A DNA stretch of 64,000 nt, taken from the sequence record SRR20825019_1004; one strand, written 5' to 3'. Positions 28,553-39,267 of this stretch are shown piece after piece. Under the pieces are notes generated by a model that was not told where the DNA came from, searched no databases, and saw nothing but the letters and a program-made list of their open reading frames with translations. The stretch's first letter is position 1, and each line of letters begins with the position of its first letter. The position numbers and the translations under genes are program-made.

Positions 28553-30214
28553 TTATTCCTGATATCCTTCAGGCATTTTCCTGACCTTGGTCAATTCTTC
28601 AAAGGCTTTACCGATACGGAGTAAATGTGCTTCGGAAAAGGGTTTTCCGATGAAGGTCAAACTTTCGGGCTCGCCATCAGTTTTGTAACCCATGGGAATA
28701 GTCAATGCAGGATATTCGGCCACCGCTGCATAACCAGCGTGGTAATTGTTGATGCTCAACACGGCATCCAGGTTTTTTTCTTCCATGATATTGAAGAATA
28801 CCCTGCCCGACTCCTTCAAATTTTGTTTGATTTTTTCAAATTGTTCTGCAGTAGTGGAATCGGACAAAACGCCATCAAAACGTTTCTGTCCGTAGGGTAT
28901 TCTTACCAAAGAATCCTGTTGGTTAAATGCTACGACATCTTCTACGGACTCTACTTTAACTGCATCTTTATCCTTGACCTCTGCATTTATGTAAGCAGGC
29001 AAATCCTCCCTCATATCCAGATTCAGCATCGTGGTAAAACCTTCAAGGGGAATATTCTCAGCTTCAAACTCCACAATTTGAGCTCCAGCTCTCCGTAATT
29101 CTTCGATGTTCGCAGCATAAATGGAATCACGTTCCATTAAGTTCTTCATTACGCCTAAACGGATTTCTTTCAGAGTTTCCGGGTTCATCCAAGCTGATAA
29201 AATACCTGGTTCCGAGCTCACCGATTTATAATCGGCTTCATCCTTCCCTAACATCGCATCCAGCAAAATCGCATTGTCCGTCACATTTTTGGTCATTGGG
29301 CCAGGGGTGTCCAAGGTACTGGAAATGGGCACAATCCCTGTTCGGCTCAACAAGCCGATGGTCGGCTTTAAGCCCACCACGGAGTTTTGACTGGAAGGTG
29401 AAAGTATGGAACCTGAAGTTTCTGTTCCGACGGCTGCCACAGCATAATTTGCCGCTGTGGAAGCACCACTACCTGCACTAGAGCCTCCTGTATCAAAAAT
29501 CCTTCTTCCGTAGGGGTTCAAGGTCTGCCCACCTACAGCACTCTGGCCATTCGGACAAACACCACAGATGAAATTGGCCCACTCACTCAAGTTGACCTTT
29601 CCCAAAATTAGAGCCCCTTTTTGCTTTAAGCGCTCGACGATAAAGGCATCATCGGTCTGATTCTCCTTTAGTGCGATAGCTCCCGCTGTCGTTTTCATTT
29701 CGGCAGTTCCAATGTTGTCCTTCAGTAAAATGGGCATGCCATAAATAAGGTGGTGGATTTCTTTTTGCTCATCTAACTGCCGAGCTTCTTCGAGCACATC
29801 GGGATTTAATGCAATAACAGTATTGAGGGTGGTATTGTTGGGCAATTCGTATTTATAGATTCTGTACAAATAAAAAAGCACCAACTCCTCATATGTAAAA
29901 GTACCTTGGTCGATATGGGTTTGAAGAGTCGGGATATCCTGCTCCAGCACCAAAGGCTTCATTTTTTGATATTGTGCTTCGGTAAACTGGGACACTTCGT
30001 CATAAAGAGGAAGAAACACTTCGTTCTTATCCAAGACTTTGCTCTGGATGAATTTATAGCGCATCCTTTCGCTTTTGTTATTAGCACTGGCAGCCACCTC
30101 CGCAGAATCGTTATAAGGTGTCCAGAGAACAATATCTTCCTTGGGTCCGGCTTCCTTCTGTTTACAGGAAAAAAAACCAATCAATAATAAAGAAAAAAAA
30201 AGATATCTGAACAT
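28553..30214 (-). CDS. Amidase signature family lipoprotein
   Basis: KDNI, GGSSAGS and GTETSGS motifs; lipobox FFSC after the likely start at 30214. Confidence 0.92.
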   Translation of the reverse strand: MFRYLFFSLLLIGFFSCKQKEAGPKEDIVLWTPYNDSAEVAASANNKSERMRYKFIQSKVLDKNEVFLPLYDEVSQFTEAQYQKMKPLVLEQDIPTLQTHIDQGTFTYEELVLFYLYRIYKYELPNNTTLNTVIALNPDVLEEARQLDEQKEIHHLIYGMPILLKDNIGTAEMKTTAGAIALKENQTDDAFIVERLKQKGALILGKVNLSEWANFICGVCPNGQSAVGGQTLNPYGRRIFDTGGSSAGSGASTAANYAVAAVGTETSGSILSPSSQNSVVGLKPTIGLLSRTGIVPISSTLDTPGPMTKNVTDNAILLDAMLGKDEADYKSVSSEPGILSAWMNPETLKEIRLGVMKNLMERDSIYAANIEELRRAGAQIVEFEAENIPLEGFTTMLNLDMREDLPAYINAEVKDKDAVKVESVEDVVAFNQQDSLVRIPYGQKRFDGVLSDSTTAEQFEKIKQNLKESGRVFFNIMEEKNLDAVLSINNYHAGYAAVAEYPALTIPMGYKTDGEPESLTFIGKPFSEAHLLRIGKAFEELTKVRKMPEGYQE

Positions 30215-30218
30215 AGGT

Positions 30219-31175
30219 CTAAATTTTGAAGAATGAATCCACAAACTCGAATTTATTGAATACCTGAAGGTCTTCGATACCCTCACCTACCCCGATATAC
30301 TTTACCGGAATCTGGAATTGGTCAGAAATACCGATGACCACGCCTCCTTTTGCCGTTCCGTCCAATTTGGTCACAGCCAAGCTGGTCACTTCGGTAGCCT
30401 TGGTAAATTGCTTTGCCTGTTCAAAGGCATTTTGTCCTGTTGAGCCATCAAGCACCAATAGTACTTCATGGGGTGCATCGGGAACCACTTTTTGCATGAC
30501 GCGTTTTACCTTCGACAGTTCGTTCATTAAATTGACCTTGTTGTGCAAACGACCTGCGGTATCCACCAAAACTACGTCTGCATTTTCAGCAACGGCAGAA
30601 TTTAAGGTATCGAACGCCACGGAAGCGGGGTCGCTCCCCATTTTTTGTTTTACAATGGGCACATCCACACGTTTGGCCCAAACTTCCAATTGGTCAATGG
30701 CTGCAGCACGGAAGGTATCGGCGGCACCTAAGACCACTTTCATACCGCTGGCCTTGAATTTATGCGCCAACTTTCCGATGGTAGTTGTTTTTCCAACCCC
30801 GTTCACGCCTACTACCATGATCACATATGGCTTTTTGTCTTTGGGAACGGCAATCTCGGTGTCCTCACCAGAATTGGTCTCCGATAGCAAGCCTGCAATC
30901 TCTTCACGAAGGATTGTATTGAGCTCGTCGGTACCCATGTATTTGTCGCGAGACACACGCTCTTCAATCCGCTCGATGATTTTTAGGGTAGTATTTACGC
31001 CCACATCGGAAGTGACCAAGACTTCCTCAAGATTGTCGAGCACCTCATCATCTACCTTTGACTTACCCGCTACGGCCTTCCCCAGTTTGCCAAAAAAGCT
31101 GGTTTTGGACTTCTCCAGACCCCTATCCAGGGTCTCCTTTTTATCCTTTGAAAATATATTTTTGAATAAGCTCAT
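30219..31175 (-). CDS. ftsY: Signal recognition particle receptor
   Basis: GVNGVGKTT, DTFRAAA, DTAGR and TKLDGTAKGG motifs; likely start MSLFK at 31175. Confidence 0.97.
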   Translation of the reverse strand: MSLFKNIFSKDKKETLDRGLEKSKTSFFGKLGKAVAGKSKVDDEVLDNLEEVLVTSDVGVNTTLKIIERIEERVSRDKYMGTDELNTILREEIAGLLSETNSGEDTEIAVPKDKKPYVIMVVGVNGVGKTTTIGKLAHKFKASGMKVVLGAADTFRAAAIDQLEVWAKRVDVPIVKQKMGSDPASVAFDTLNSAVAENADVVLVDTAGRLHNKVNLMNELSKVKRVMQKVVPDAPHEVLLVLDGSTGQNAFEQAKQFTKATEVTSLAVTKLDGTAKGGVVIGISDQFQIPVKYIGVGEGIEDLQVFNKFEFVDSFFKI

Positions 31176-31292
31176 CCTGTGTTCTTTGAGAAAGATCAAA
31201 GATAGGAAAGTAAGAGGAGTTTTGTTAACAGAAAATTCTTTTGAAATACCCCTGTGACTCCAAGTTGAAGCATCCAACAGAATTATGGGAAT

Positions 31293-31316
31293 AAAAAAAG
31301 CCGCTAAAAAGCGGCC
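31293..31316 (-). terminator. Terminator after rpmB-rpmG-bL38
   Basis: GCCGCT/AGCGGC stem followed by T7 on the minus strand. Confidence 0.8.
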
Positions 31317-31342
31317 TTAGTATTGTCACAAGGAAGTTTTCC

Positions 31343-31495
31343 TTATTTGCTGTTCAACCAGTCGTTAACCATTTCCGGTGCCATTACAGACTCTACGAAA
31401 GTGTATGCACCTGTTTTTGGAGACTTTACCATTTTGATGGCCTTTGTCAACCTCTTGGATGATGACTGAAGTGTTGCTACTGTTTTCTTTGCCAT
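31343..31495 (-). CDS. DUF4295 protein (Bacteroidota 50S ribosomal protein bL38)
   Basis: 50-aa ORF missed by the track: MAKKTVATLQSSSKRLTKAIKMVKSPKTGAYTFVESVMAPEMVNDWLNSK; directly after rpmG. Confidence 0.9.
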   Translation of the reverse strand: MAKKTVATLQSSSKRLTKAIKMVKSPKTGAYTFVESVMAPEMVNDWLNSK

Positions 31496-31532
31496 GGCTT
31501 ATATTTTTTGCCCTTTACTTTGTAAAAAGCTA

Positions 31533-31715
31533 TTACTTAATTTCTTTATGAACGGTCATACGCTTAAGGATAGGATTGTACTTTTTAATTTCCATCCTAT
31601 CTGGCGTGTTCTTTTTGTTCTTGGTGGTAATATACCTAGAAGTACCTGGCATACCAGATTCCTTGTGTTCTGTACACTCTAAAATTACCTGAACCCTATT
31701 TCCTTTCTTTGCCAT
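31533..31715 (-). CDS. rpmG: 50S ribosomal protein L33
   Basis: [22 protein letters not shown]...HKEIK. Confidence 0.97.
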   Translation of the reverse strand: MAKKGNRVQVILECTEHKESGMPGTSRYITTKNKKNTPDRMEIKKYNPILKRMTVHKEIK

Positions 31716-31743
31716 TGTATTGTACTTAAAATGCTTTTACAAC

Positions 31744-31971
31744 TTACTTTTTGGAATTGATTTCCTTCAAGACAGCAGAGATTCCTTTTTTGTTGATGAT
31801 CTTCAACCCACGGGCAGAAACGTTCAAGGTTACCCAACGATCTTCCTCTGGAATATAAAACCTCTTCTTGGAGATATTTGAATCAAATCTCCTTTTTGTC
31901 TTATTGATAGAAAAGGAAACGTTGTTTCCAAACATCACCTTTTTTCCTGTTACTTCACAAACTTTAGACAT
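31744..31971 (-). CDS. rpmB: 50S ribosomal protein L28
   Basis: MSKVCEVTGK...GNNVS...KTKRRF. Confidence 0.97.
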   Translation of the reverse strand: MSKVCEVTGKKVMFGNNVSFSINKTKRRFDSNISKKRFYIPEEDRWVTLNVSARGLKIINKKGISAVLKEINSKK

Positions 31972-32045
31972 CTCCCTAACTATTTGAGTGATTTTATTGA
32001 GGCTGCAAATTTATACCATTTTACTGGGACGTACAAAATTCTTTT

Positions 32046-33296
32046 TCAGAAATTTAAAATTTCTTTATACAATAGCTCAAAAGCCTTGTTAACAGACTTT
32101 TTCACGACCCTGTCCCGATGCTTTCCCATCACAAATTTATGGGCAAAAGTACCTTTTGGGGTAGCAATTCCAATATAAACAGTCCCAACCTCGGCATCGG
32201 AATCTCCCTTGGCGGGCCCCGCATTGCCAGTGGTGGCTATGGAGAAATCGGTTACCAACTTATTTTTTACGCCAATTGCCATGGCAATGGCGACTTCTTC
32301 GCTCACTACGGAATGTTGGTCAATGAGTTCTTGCGGAACCCCTAACAAATTCACCTTGGCCTCGGTGGCATAGCAGACCATACTCCCTTTAAAGTAGGCG
32401 GATGCTCCGGGAACGGAAGTTACTCGCTCGGCAATACTGCCCCCCGTAAAACTTTCGGCGGTGGACAAGGTCATTTTTTTATCGGTGAGCAATGTGCCTA
32501 TCTGTTTTTCGACCCTTCCATCTTCCTCCTCTTCCCCGTAAATAATGTCACCAATAATAGGATAGAGTTTTTTTACCTGCTCTTCAATACCCTGCAACAG
32601 CACTTCCTTATCCGTGCCTTTAGCAGAAAGACGAAGCCTTACACTACCAATGTTCGGCAGATAGGCAAATTTGATGAATGAAGGCAGATTATCTTCCCAG
32701 TCCTCGAGCTTTTCGGCAATCGCACTCTCACCCATCCCGTAAGTTAGAATAGTCTTGTGGACAATATGAGGTCGCTTGTACTCTTCTATGATTTTGGGCA
32801 AAACGGCAGAGGTCACGAGATTTTTCATCTCGTAGGGAACTCCCGGCAATGAAACAAAAGCGGTGTTTCCCTTTTTCATCCAAATTCCAGGCGCGGTTCC
32901 AAACTCATTATGCAGCACAGTTGCCTTTGACGGAACCATAGCCTGTTCCCTGTTCAAATCCGAAATTGGGGTCGTAATATATTTTTTGAAAAGCTCTTCA
33001 ATGTGATGCAAAACCGAATCGTCCCGGACCAGTTCATCTTCAAAAAATTCACAAAGTGTAAGCTTGGTGACATCATCCTTTGTGGGGCCAAGACCTCCTG
33101 TTATGATTACCACAGAGGACCGTTCACCTGCCTCTTTCAGAGACCTTAATATATGGTCTTTATCATCCTGAATAGAAGTGATTTGGTAAACAGAGACCCC
33201 AATCTTGTTCAGTTCTTTGGAAATAAACGCTGAATTGGTATCCACAATCTGACCTATGAGAATCTCATCCCCAATGGTGATTATCTCCGCTTGCAT
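32046..33296 (-). CDS. cinA: Competence/damage-inducible protein A (MoCF-biosynthesis-like + NMN deamidase domains)
   Basis: [30 protein letters not shown] and TGNAGP motifs. Confidence 0.95.
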   Translation of the reverse strand: MQAEIITIGDEILIGQIVDTNSAFISKELNKIGVSVYQITSIQDDKDHILRSLKEAGERSSVVIITGGLGPTKDDVTKLTLCEFFEDELVRDDSVLHHIEELFKKYITTPISDLNREQAMVPSKATVLHNEFGTAPGIWMKKGNTAFVSLPGVPYEMKNLVTSAVLPKIIEEYKRPHIVHKTILTYGMGESAIAEKLEDWEDNLPSFIKFAYLPNIGSVRLRLSAKGTDKEVLLQGIEEQVKKLYPIIGDIIYGEEEEDGRVEKQIGTLLTDKKMTLSTAESFTGGSIAERVTSVPGASAYFKGSMVCYATEAKVNLLGVPQELIDQHSVVSEEVAIAMAIGVKNKLVTDFSIATTGNAGPAKGDSDAEVGTVYIGIATPKGTFAHKFVMGKHRDRVVKKSVNKAFELLYKEILNF

Positions 33297-33635
33297 CTAT
33301 AAATCAAAGTCATTTTTAAGTTCAGAGACCACTTGGAGCACATCCTTTTTCAACAAAGGAAATTTTTGTTCTATTTCCTCCATGCTACCGGTTGCCTTAC
33401 CGAGCGTTTCTATTTCCAAGGCCTTGGCCCTTGTTTGCTCCATACCCAAAATATCCACGTTGGGTTTAATTTTATGGGCCAACTTATATATGTTTTCATA
33501 GTCCTTGCTGCCTATAGCTTTTTCCAGGCTTTCTAAGTCTTCAGGAACTTCTTCTAAAAAAACGGAGATTACCGAGGTTATAAAATCCTCATCACCTTCC
33601 GCCATTTCATTTATTTTATCAAGGTTGTAAATCAT
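33297..33635 (-). CDS. Stand-alone Hpt (histidine phosphotransfer) protein
   Basis: 112 aa, helical, AHKIKP phospho-His motif. Confidence 0.88.
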   Translation of the reverse strand: MIYNLDKINEMAEGDEDFITSVISVFLEEVPEDLESLEKAIGSKDYENIYKLAHKIKPNVDILGMEQTRAKALEIETLGKATGSMEEIEQKFPLLKKDVLQVVSELKNDFDL

Positions 33636-34246
33636 TATTTTACATTAATATCAAACATTTGCTCACCTTCCAATCTACCGACAAGGTAGTCATTTGGGCT
33701 TACTTTACCAACACCGGCAGGGGTACCCGTAAATATGATATCTCCCTTTTTCAACATGAAATAAGTGGATATATGAGCTATGATTTCATCTATCTTCCAC
33801 AGCATCAACGAGGTATTCCCATCTTGGACAATTTCATTATTTTTTGACAATGAAAATTTCAGGTTGTCCATATCCTTAAACATATCCTTGGAAAGCCATC
33901 TTCCAACTACGGCAGCACCATCAAACCCTTTGGCCTTTTCCCAGGGCAATCCTTTGGATTTTAATTTGGATTGAAGGTCTCTCGCCGTAAAATCTATGCC
34001 CAGCCCAACTTCATCATAATATTTATGGGCAAATTCTTTGGAAATATGTTTTCCCACTTTTTTGATTTTCACCAGAACTTCCACTTCATAGTGAACATCG
34101 CTGGAAAATTCGGGGATATAAAAATCTTGCTCTTTGGGTAAAATAGCGGAATCGGGCTTTATAAAAACCACAGGTTCGTCCGGACGCTCATTGCTCAATT
34201 CGTTTATGTGATCCACATAATTACGTCCTATACAAATCAGTTTCAT
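33635..34246 (-). CDS. Fumarylacetoacetate hydrolase family protein
   Basis: CIGRNY, HYEVE, DFTARDLQ and TGTPAGVG motifs. Confidence 0.95.
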   Translation of the reverse strand: MKLICIGRNYVDHINELSNERPDEPVVFIKPDSAILPKEQDFYIPEFSSDVHYEVEVLVKIKKVGKHISKEFAHKYYDEVGLGIDFTARDLQSKLKSKGLPWEKAKGFDGAAVVGRWLSKDMFKDMDNLKFSLSKNNEIVQDGNTSLMLWKIDEIIAHISTYFMLKKGDIIFTGTPAGVGKVSPNDYLVGRLEGEQMFDINVK

Positions 34247-34278
34247 AATTTGTTCTCGGGGGTTAAGGTTGGTTTATC

Positions 34279-35052
34279 TTAAAATTTGTTATTGAGCTTG
34301 CTCAACTTTATCTGGGTAAGAACTTTTTTGGTGTAGAGCGGGAAATCGGCGTTCAAAATCCAGCCAAAGTAGCCGGGCTCTTTCTCCATGACCTCTTCCA
34401 CTGTTTTTCCATTATGTTTTCCAAAGGCAAAAATCGGTTCCTGGTTTTCATTGAGGCCGATAAAGCCCGCAAAATCCAGATTTTGTCTTCTTGTAGTGAA
34501 CTCTGACAGCTTTTTTATATCATTTTCAAGCTCTGGATATCGGTCCAACTGCGCAAGCAATACCTCGTAGGTCGCCAAGGTATCGGCTTCCGCGCTGTGC
34601 GCATCGTCCAAATTCTTATCGCAATAAAATTTATAGGCGGCTTCCAGTGTACGTTTTTCCATTTTATGAAAAATGGTCTGTACATCTACGGACACCATAC
34701 TTTTCATATCAAAATCCACATCGGCACGCAGCATTTCCTCGGCCAATAAGGGAATATCGAACCTATCGGAATTAAATCCTCCAAGGTCACTATCGCGAAT
34801 CATCGCATAAATTTCCCTGGACAGTTGCTTAAATGTGGGCTCGTTGGCCACTTTTTCATCGGAAATACCATGAATGGCCTCGGATTCTGCCGGAATGGGC
34901 ATCTCCGGGTTTACCAACCATGTTCTGCTTTCTTTATTCCCATTGGGAAAAACCTTCAGGATAGAAATTTCTACAATCCTATCTTTTGCAACATTGGTCC
35001 CTGTGGTCTCCAGGTCAAAAAAACAGATAGGCTTGGTCAATTGTAATTGCAT
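34279..35052 (-). CDS. DEDDh 3'-5' exonuclease (DnaQ-like)
   Basis: DLETTG, FNSDRFD and HSAEAD motifs. Confidence 0.93.
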   Translation of the reverse strand: MQLQLTKPICFFDLETTGTNVAKDRIVEISILKVFPNGNKESRTWLVNPEMPIPAESEAIHGISDEKVANEPTFKQLSREIYAMIRDSDLGGFNSDRFDIPLLAEEMLRADVDFDMKSMVSVDVQTIFHKMEKRTLEAAYKFYCDKNLDDAHSAEADTLATYEVLLAQLDRYPELENDIKKLSEFTTRRQNLDFAGFIGLNENQEPIFAFGKHNGKTVEEVMEKEPGYFGWILNADFPLYTKKVLTQIKLSKLNNKF

Positions 35053-35124
35053 GTGGGGCGTTTTAAATAAGGTTCACTAGGCTTCTAAATTAAGAATAGT
35101 GACAGGAATATGGCCAGTTTTCTA

Positions 35125-36486
35125 CTATATTTCCCTATTTATGTCCCAGGCCTCCAAATAATCTGCCACTGATTTCACGAACATTCCGCCCAATGCACCG
35201 TTCACCACTCGGTGATCGTAACTGTGCGAGAGGTACATTTTACTGCGGATACCTATATATTCACCTTGATCGGTCTCAATTACAGATGGTATTTTTCTGA
35301 TGGCCCCCAATGCAAGGATTCCAACTTGCGGTTGATTGATGATCGGCGTACCAAAAACACTTCCGAAGGAACCAACATTGGTTACTGTGTACGTACCATC
35401 TTTTACCTCATCGGGCTTTAATTGATTGTTTCTTGCCCTATCGGCCAGATCGTTCACTGTTTTGGCCATCCCTACCAAGTTCAATTGGTCGGCATTTTTG
35501 ATTACGGGCACAATCAGGTTGCCATCGGGCAGGGCTGCTGCCATTCCCAAATTGATGTTCTTCTTTTTGATGACCTTGTCTCCATCCAACGAAATGTTCA
35601 TAAGTGGATATTTTTTAAGGGCCATGGCCACAGCTTCCATAAATATGGGCGTAAAGGTCAATTTTTCACCTTCTCGCTGTTGGAATGCATTCTTCACCTT
35701 ATTTCTCCAATTGACCACATTTGTCACGTCCACTTCCACAAAGCTCTGAACGTGTGCGGAGGTTGATATGCTCTCGATCATATGGTGGGCGATGAGTTTG
35801 CCCATGCGGGTCAACGGAATGACCTCATCCCCTGCGCCTACCTGAACCTTTGATCCTTGAGGTTTGTTCGCGACCGTCTCTTTTGGCGCTGAAGGCGCTT
35901 CGACTTTCGCGGTTTTGGTTTCAGGTTTTGGTTTAGCCTCTTCTTTTACCTGACTTCCATTGGAACGGTTTTCCAAATAGGCCATGATATCATTTTTGGT
36001 GACCCTGCCTTCTTTACCTGTACCGGTAATGGCCTCGAGCTCATCCATGGAAACGTTTTCTTCCTTGGCTATGTTTTTCACCAAGGGCGAATAAAATCGT
36101 TCTGAACTTGAAAAATCGGGCGTGGATGAGGAAACTGACTCCTTTACACTGGCCATTTGAGCTTCCAACTCTCCTGCCGGTACTTCAACAGGCTCCTCCT
36201 CTACTTCTTTTTCTGTGCTTTCCTCCAGTGGGGTTTCAACTCCACCTTCAATTTGAATCACGGCGACAACTTCACCTACCTTTATCACATCATCTACATC
36301 GAACCGCTTTTCTACCAATACCCCATCCACTTCACTAGGAACTTCGGAATCTACTTTGTCCGTGGCAATTTCAAAGATGGCCTCGTCCATCTCTATGGTG
36401 TCGCCCACTTCTTTCAACCAGTTGGTCAAGGTAGCTTCAGCAACACTTTCTCCCATTTGCGGTAATTTCAATTCAAATTTTGACAT
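35125..36486 (-). CDS. 2-oxo-acid dehydrogenase E2 (dihydrolipoamide acyltransferase)
   Basis: Lipoyl domain (ATDKVD), E3-binding GTGKEGRVTK, catalytic SYDHRVVNG; likely start 36486. Confidence 0.95.
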   Translation of the reverse strand: MSKFELKLPQMGESVAEATLTNWLKEVGDTIEMDEAIFEIATDKVDSEVPSEVDGVLVEKRFDVDDVIKVGEVVAVIQIEGGVETPLEESTEKEVEEEPVEVPAGELEAQMASVKESVSSSTPDFSSSERFYSPLVKNIAKEENVSMDELEAITGTGKEGRVTKNDIMAYLENRSNGSQVKEEAKPKPETKTAKVEAPSAPKETVANKPQGSKVQVGAGDEVIPLTRMGKLIAHHMIESISTSAHVQSFVEVDVTNVVNWRNKVKNAFQQREGEKLTFTPIFMEAVAMALKKYPLMNISLDGDKVIKKKNINLGMAAALPDGNLIVPVIKNADQLNLVGMAKTVNDLADRARNNQLKPDEVKDGTYTVTNVGSFGSVFGTPIINQPQVGILALGAIRKIPSVIETDQGEYIGIRSKMYLSHSYDHRVVNGALGGMFVKSVADYLEAWDINREI

Positions 36487-36565
36487 ATTCGTATTTATCA
36501 AAGTGATTTTGATTTGTATTTTACAAAAATACTAAAGAAATCGACTTATTTTTGATTTATGTTTA

Positions 36566-37186
36566 TTAATTCGCTTTAATAGAATTTTCAAAGGGGACTC
36601 TATTGATTATACTTCTCCCTAAAGTTACTTCATCTGCATACTCCAATTCGTCACCTACCGAAATTCCCCTGGCTATCGTCGAAGTAGTCACTTCTAATCC
36701 TTCCAGTTGTTTGTAAATATAAAAATTAGTTGTGTCCCCCTCCATGGTCGAACTCAAGGCCAATATCAATTCCTTAATGGTTCCGTCCTTTACTTTTTTT
36801 ACCAGTGACCCAATATTTAGATCCTGAGGCCCAACGCCTTCCATAGGGGAAATCTTTCCCCCCAGCACATGGTACAGGCCGTTATATTGAGATGTATTTT
36901 CAATGGCCATTACATCCCTGATATCTTCCACTACACATACCAAAGTCTCGTCCCTTTTGGGGTTGGCACAAATTTCACATACCTCCGTATCGGAAATATT
37001 GTGGCAATTTTTGCAAAAGTTGACCTCGCTTCTCAATTTGAGAAGTGCATTGGCCAAATGTTCCGACCGCTCTTCAGGCTGTTTTAACAGATGAAGTACC
37101 AAGCGCAATGCCGTTCGCTTACCGATTCCTGGTAATTGCGACATCTCATAAACAGCGTTCTCCAGTAGCTTAGATGAAAATTCCAT
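36566..37186 (-). CDS. recR: Recombination mediator RecR
   Basis: Hh[11 protein letters not shown]4 zinc finger and Toprim domain. Confidence 0.97.
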   Translation of the reverse strand: MEFSSKLLENAVYEMSQLPGIGKRTALRLVLHLLKQPEERSEHLANALLKLRSEVNFCKNCHNISDTEVCEICANPKRDETLVCVVEDIRDVMAIENTSQYNGLYHVLGGKISPMEGVGPQDLNIGSLVKKVKDGTIKELILALSSTMEGDTTNFYIYKQLEGLEVTTSTIARGISVGDELEYADEVTLGRSIINRVPFENSIKAN

Positions 37187-37262
37187 AGCATCAATTCTCC
37201 TACAAAATTACGATTTTACAGTTACCAATTTACTTTCGTACTTTGCAAATCAAATTGCATAT

Positions 37263-38750
37263 ATGTCAGCTACACAAATCCTGTTGCTTATCGGCGCCTA
37301 TTTCTTGGTGCTTATATTGATTTCTTACTTTACCGGAAAAAACGATTCCAACGCCGATTTTTTTAAGGCGGGGAAACAATCCCCTTGGTACGTAGTAGCC
37401 TTTGGAATGGTGGGCGCCTCATTATCGGGGGTCACCTTTATCTCTGTGCCGGGATGGGTACAGGATAGCCAGTTCAGCTATATGCAGGTAATCTTGGGAT
37501 ATCTTGTTGGCTATTTTGTGGTTGCATTTGTACTGCTCCCCCTCTACTATAAACTAAACCTCACTTCTATTTATGAATATTTAAATGACCGTTTTGGAAA
37601 GATGAGCCATAGGACCGGTGCATTTTTCTTCTTTATATCGAGGGTACTTGGTGCGGCTTTCAGACTTTATTTGGTAGCAATAGTCCTGCAACAATTTGTT
37701 TTTGATGACTTGGGAGTGCGTTTTGAATTTACCGTAGTCATCTCCATTTTGTTGATTTGGCTGTATACCAATAAAGGCGGCATTAAAACAATCGTATGGA
37801 CAGATACCTTACAAACGCTTTTTATGATTTTGGCGGTGGTATTGTCCATTGTGATGATCAATCAAGAACTCGGTTGGAGCTTTGGGGAATTCTTGGCTTC
37901 TGAAGAGCTGAAAAATTATAATGATTTTTTGGTGACGGAAAGCTTTCTGGACAGGAGTTATTTTATCAAATCCTTTGTTGGCGGCATGTTCATAACCATT
38001 TGCATGACGGGTCTTGACCAAGATATGATGCAAAAGAACCTTACCTGTAAGTCTTTGAAGGACGCACAAAAAAACATGGTCTCGTTTAGTTTTGTGCTGG
38101 TGATATCCACATTTTTGTTCATGCTCTTGGGAGCGTTATTATTTATTTACGCAAAGAGGGAAGGTATTGCCATTCCGCTGATGGACGGCACACCGAAGAC
38201 CGACCTCCTTTTCCCGGAAATTGCCTTGAACAGTGGATTGGGACTGGCACTTTCCATCACTTTTATGCTGGGGCTCATCGCTGCGGCCTACAGTAGTGCC
38301 GATAGTGCGCTTACTTCCTTGACAACTTCTTTCTGTGTGGATTTCCTAAACGTTCAAAACAAAGAGGACAAAGAGCAAAAGCGTATTAGAAAACGCACCC
38401 ATATTGCCATGAGCTTTGCCCTTGTTGTGGTCATCATTGCATTTAAGTATATTCTTAGCAGCAATGTAATTGATAGCTTGCTTACGGTAGCCGGTTACAC
38501 TTATGGCCCACTACTGGGTCTTTTTGCCTTTGGCATCTTCACCAAGCACAAAATCAAGGACAGCTATGTCTGGATAGTGGCTTTATTATCGGTGATTGCC
38601 ATAGTTTTTATAGCCAATATCCCTTCGGAATATTTAGGGGGATATCAGGTTGGCTATGAATTGTTGCCGTTGAACGGTTTGCTTACATTTATTGGACTAT
38701 GGTTTATCCGTACTAAAAAGTCGGGAGAAAAATCTAATATTGTCCAGTAG
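37263..38750 (+). CDS. Sodium:solute symporter family protein
   Basis: [22 protein letters not shown] and GLDQDMMQK motifs; many TM segments. Confidence 0.93.
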   Translation: MSATQILLLIGAYFLVLILISYFTGKNDSNADFFKAGKQSPWYVVAFGMVGASLSGVTFISVPGWVQDSQFSYMQVILGYLVGYFVVAFVLLPLYYKLNLTSIYEYLNDRFGKMSHRTGAFFFFISRVLGAAFRLYLVAIVLQQFVFDDLGVRFEFTVVISILLIWLYTNKGGIKTIVWTDTLQTLFMILAVVLSIVMINQELGWSFGEFLASEELKNYNDFLVTESFLDRSYFIKSFVGGMFITICMTGLDQDMMQKNLTCKSLKDAQKNMVSFSFVLVISTFLFMLLGALLFIYAKREGIAIPLMDGTPKTDLLFPEIALNSGLGLALSITFMLGLIAAAYSSADSALTSLTTSFCVDFLNVQNKEDKEQKRIRKRTHIAMSFALVVVIIAFKYILSSNVIDSLLTVAGYTYGPLLGLFAFGIFTKHKIKDSYVWIVALLSVIAIVFIANIPSEYLGGYQVGYELLPLNGLLTFIGLWFIRTKKSGEKSNIVQ

Positions 38751-39093
38751 CAAGCAGCACCAATGTACAGGCAACTTCGACCTCAATCCCAGCATTTTCA
38801 AGGATTTCATAGAATTCCGGGTTTTCGGTTCCGGGGTTAAAAATAACACGCCTCGGGTTTAGGTCAACAATTTGCTGATAGTATTCTTTTTGATTTTTTG
38901 GGTTTAAATATAAAGTTACGGTATCAATATTTTGAAAATCAATCAAGTTGTCTTTAATTTGTACCCCTGATACAGTTCCCCCACGTATCCCAAATGCGGT
39001 TGTTTCAATATTATTGTCAACCAGCCTACGAATAGCTGTGTTACTGTATCTTCCAGGGTTTGTAGAAGCCCCTACGACAAGTGTTTTTTGCAT
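38734..39093 (-). CDS. CoA-binding protein (YccU-like)
   Basis: [25 protein letters not shown] and CTLV motifs. Confidence 0.9.
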   Translation of the reverse strand: MQKTLVVGASTNPGRYSNTAIRRLVDNNIETTAFGIRGGTVSGVQIKDNLIDFQNIDTVTLYLNPKNQKEYYQQIVDLNPRRVIFNPGTENPEFYEILENAGIEVEVACTLVLLATGQY

Positions 39094-39126
39094 TTGTTAA
39101 TTTTTGTGTTAAAATTTTATATAGAC

Positions 39127-39152
39127 TGTAATTTTTCACACGTAAAGTCGTC
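39127..39152 (+). promoter_or_regulatory. Putative ECF-sigma promoter (TGTAAT-N16-CGTC)
   Basis: Same bipartite motif as at 39366, 50084 and 50135. Confidence 0.6.
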
Positions 39153-39159
39153 TATTTTT

Positions 39160-39267
39160 TATAACTTAAAGTCATTGGTAAGACTGTATTTTTATAGTTA
39201 ATGGTTAGTGTTTAGTATAGCTTATCAATGTATAACCCCGGTACTCGTTACCGGGGTTTCTTCTTTT
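39160..39267 (+). ncRNA. Candidate small RNA (~105 nt)
   Basis: Lies between a putative ECF promoter and a strong terminator, contains no credible ORF, and has a 5' stem plus GU-rich single-stranded region. The 5' end is estimated. Confidence 0.55.
39234..39267 (+). terminator. Orphan intrinsic terminator in a divergent intergenic region
   Basis: AACCCCGGTA-CTCGT-TACCGGGGTT followed by TCTTCTTTT. Confidence 0.85.

Noticed and set aside
30169-30201. A8 and A9 tracts in the amidase signal-peptide region as a phase-variation switch
   Set aside because: The frame is intact and the tracts simply encode Phe-rich hydrophobic sequence; no other support.
30334-31257. 307-aa + strand ORF
   Set aside because: Antisense shadow of ftsY with no recognisable motifs.
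35190-35230. E2 catalytic motif HxxxNG instead of HxxxDG
   Set aside because: Asn at this position occurs in active E2 enzymes (e.g. Azotobacter E2p), so it is not evidence of inactivation.
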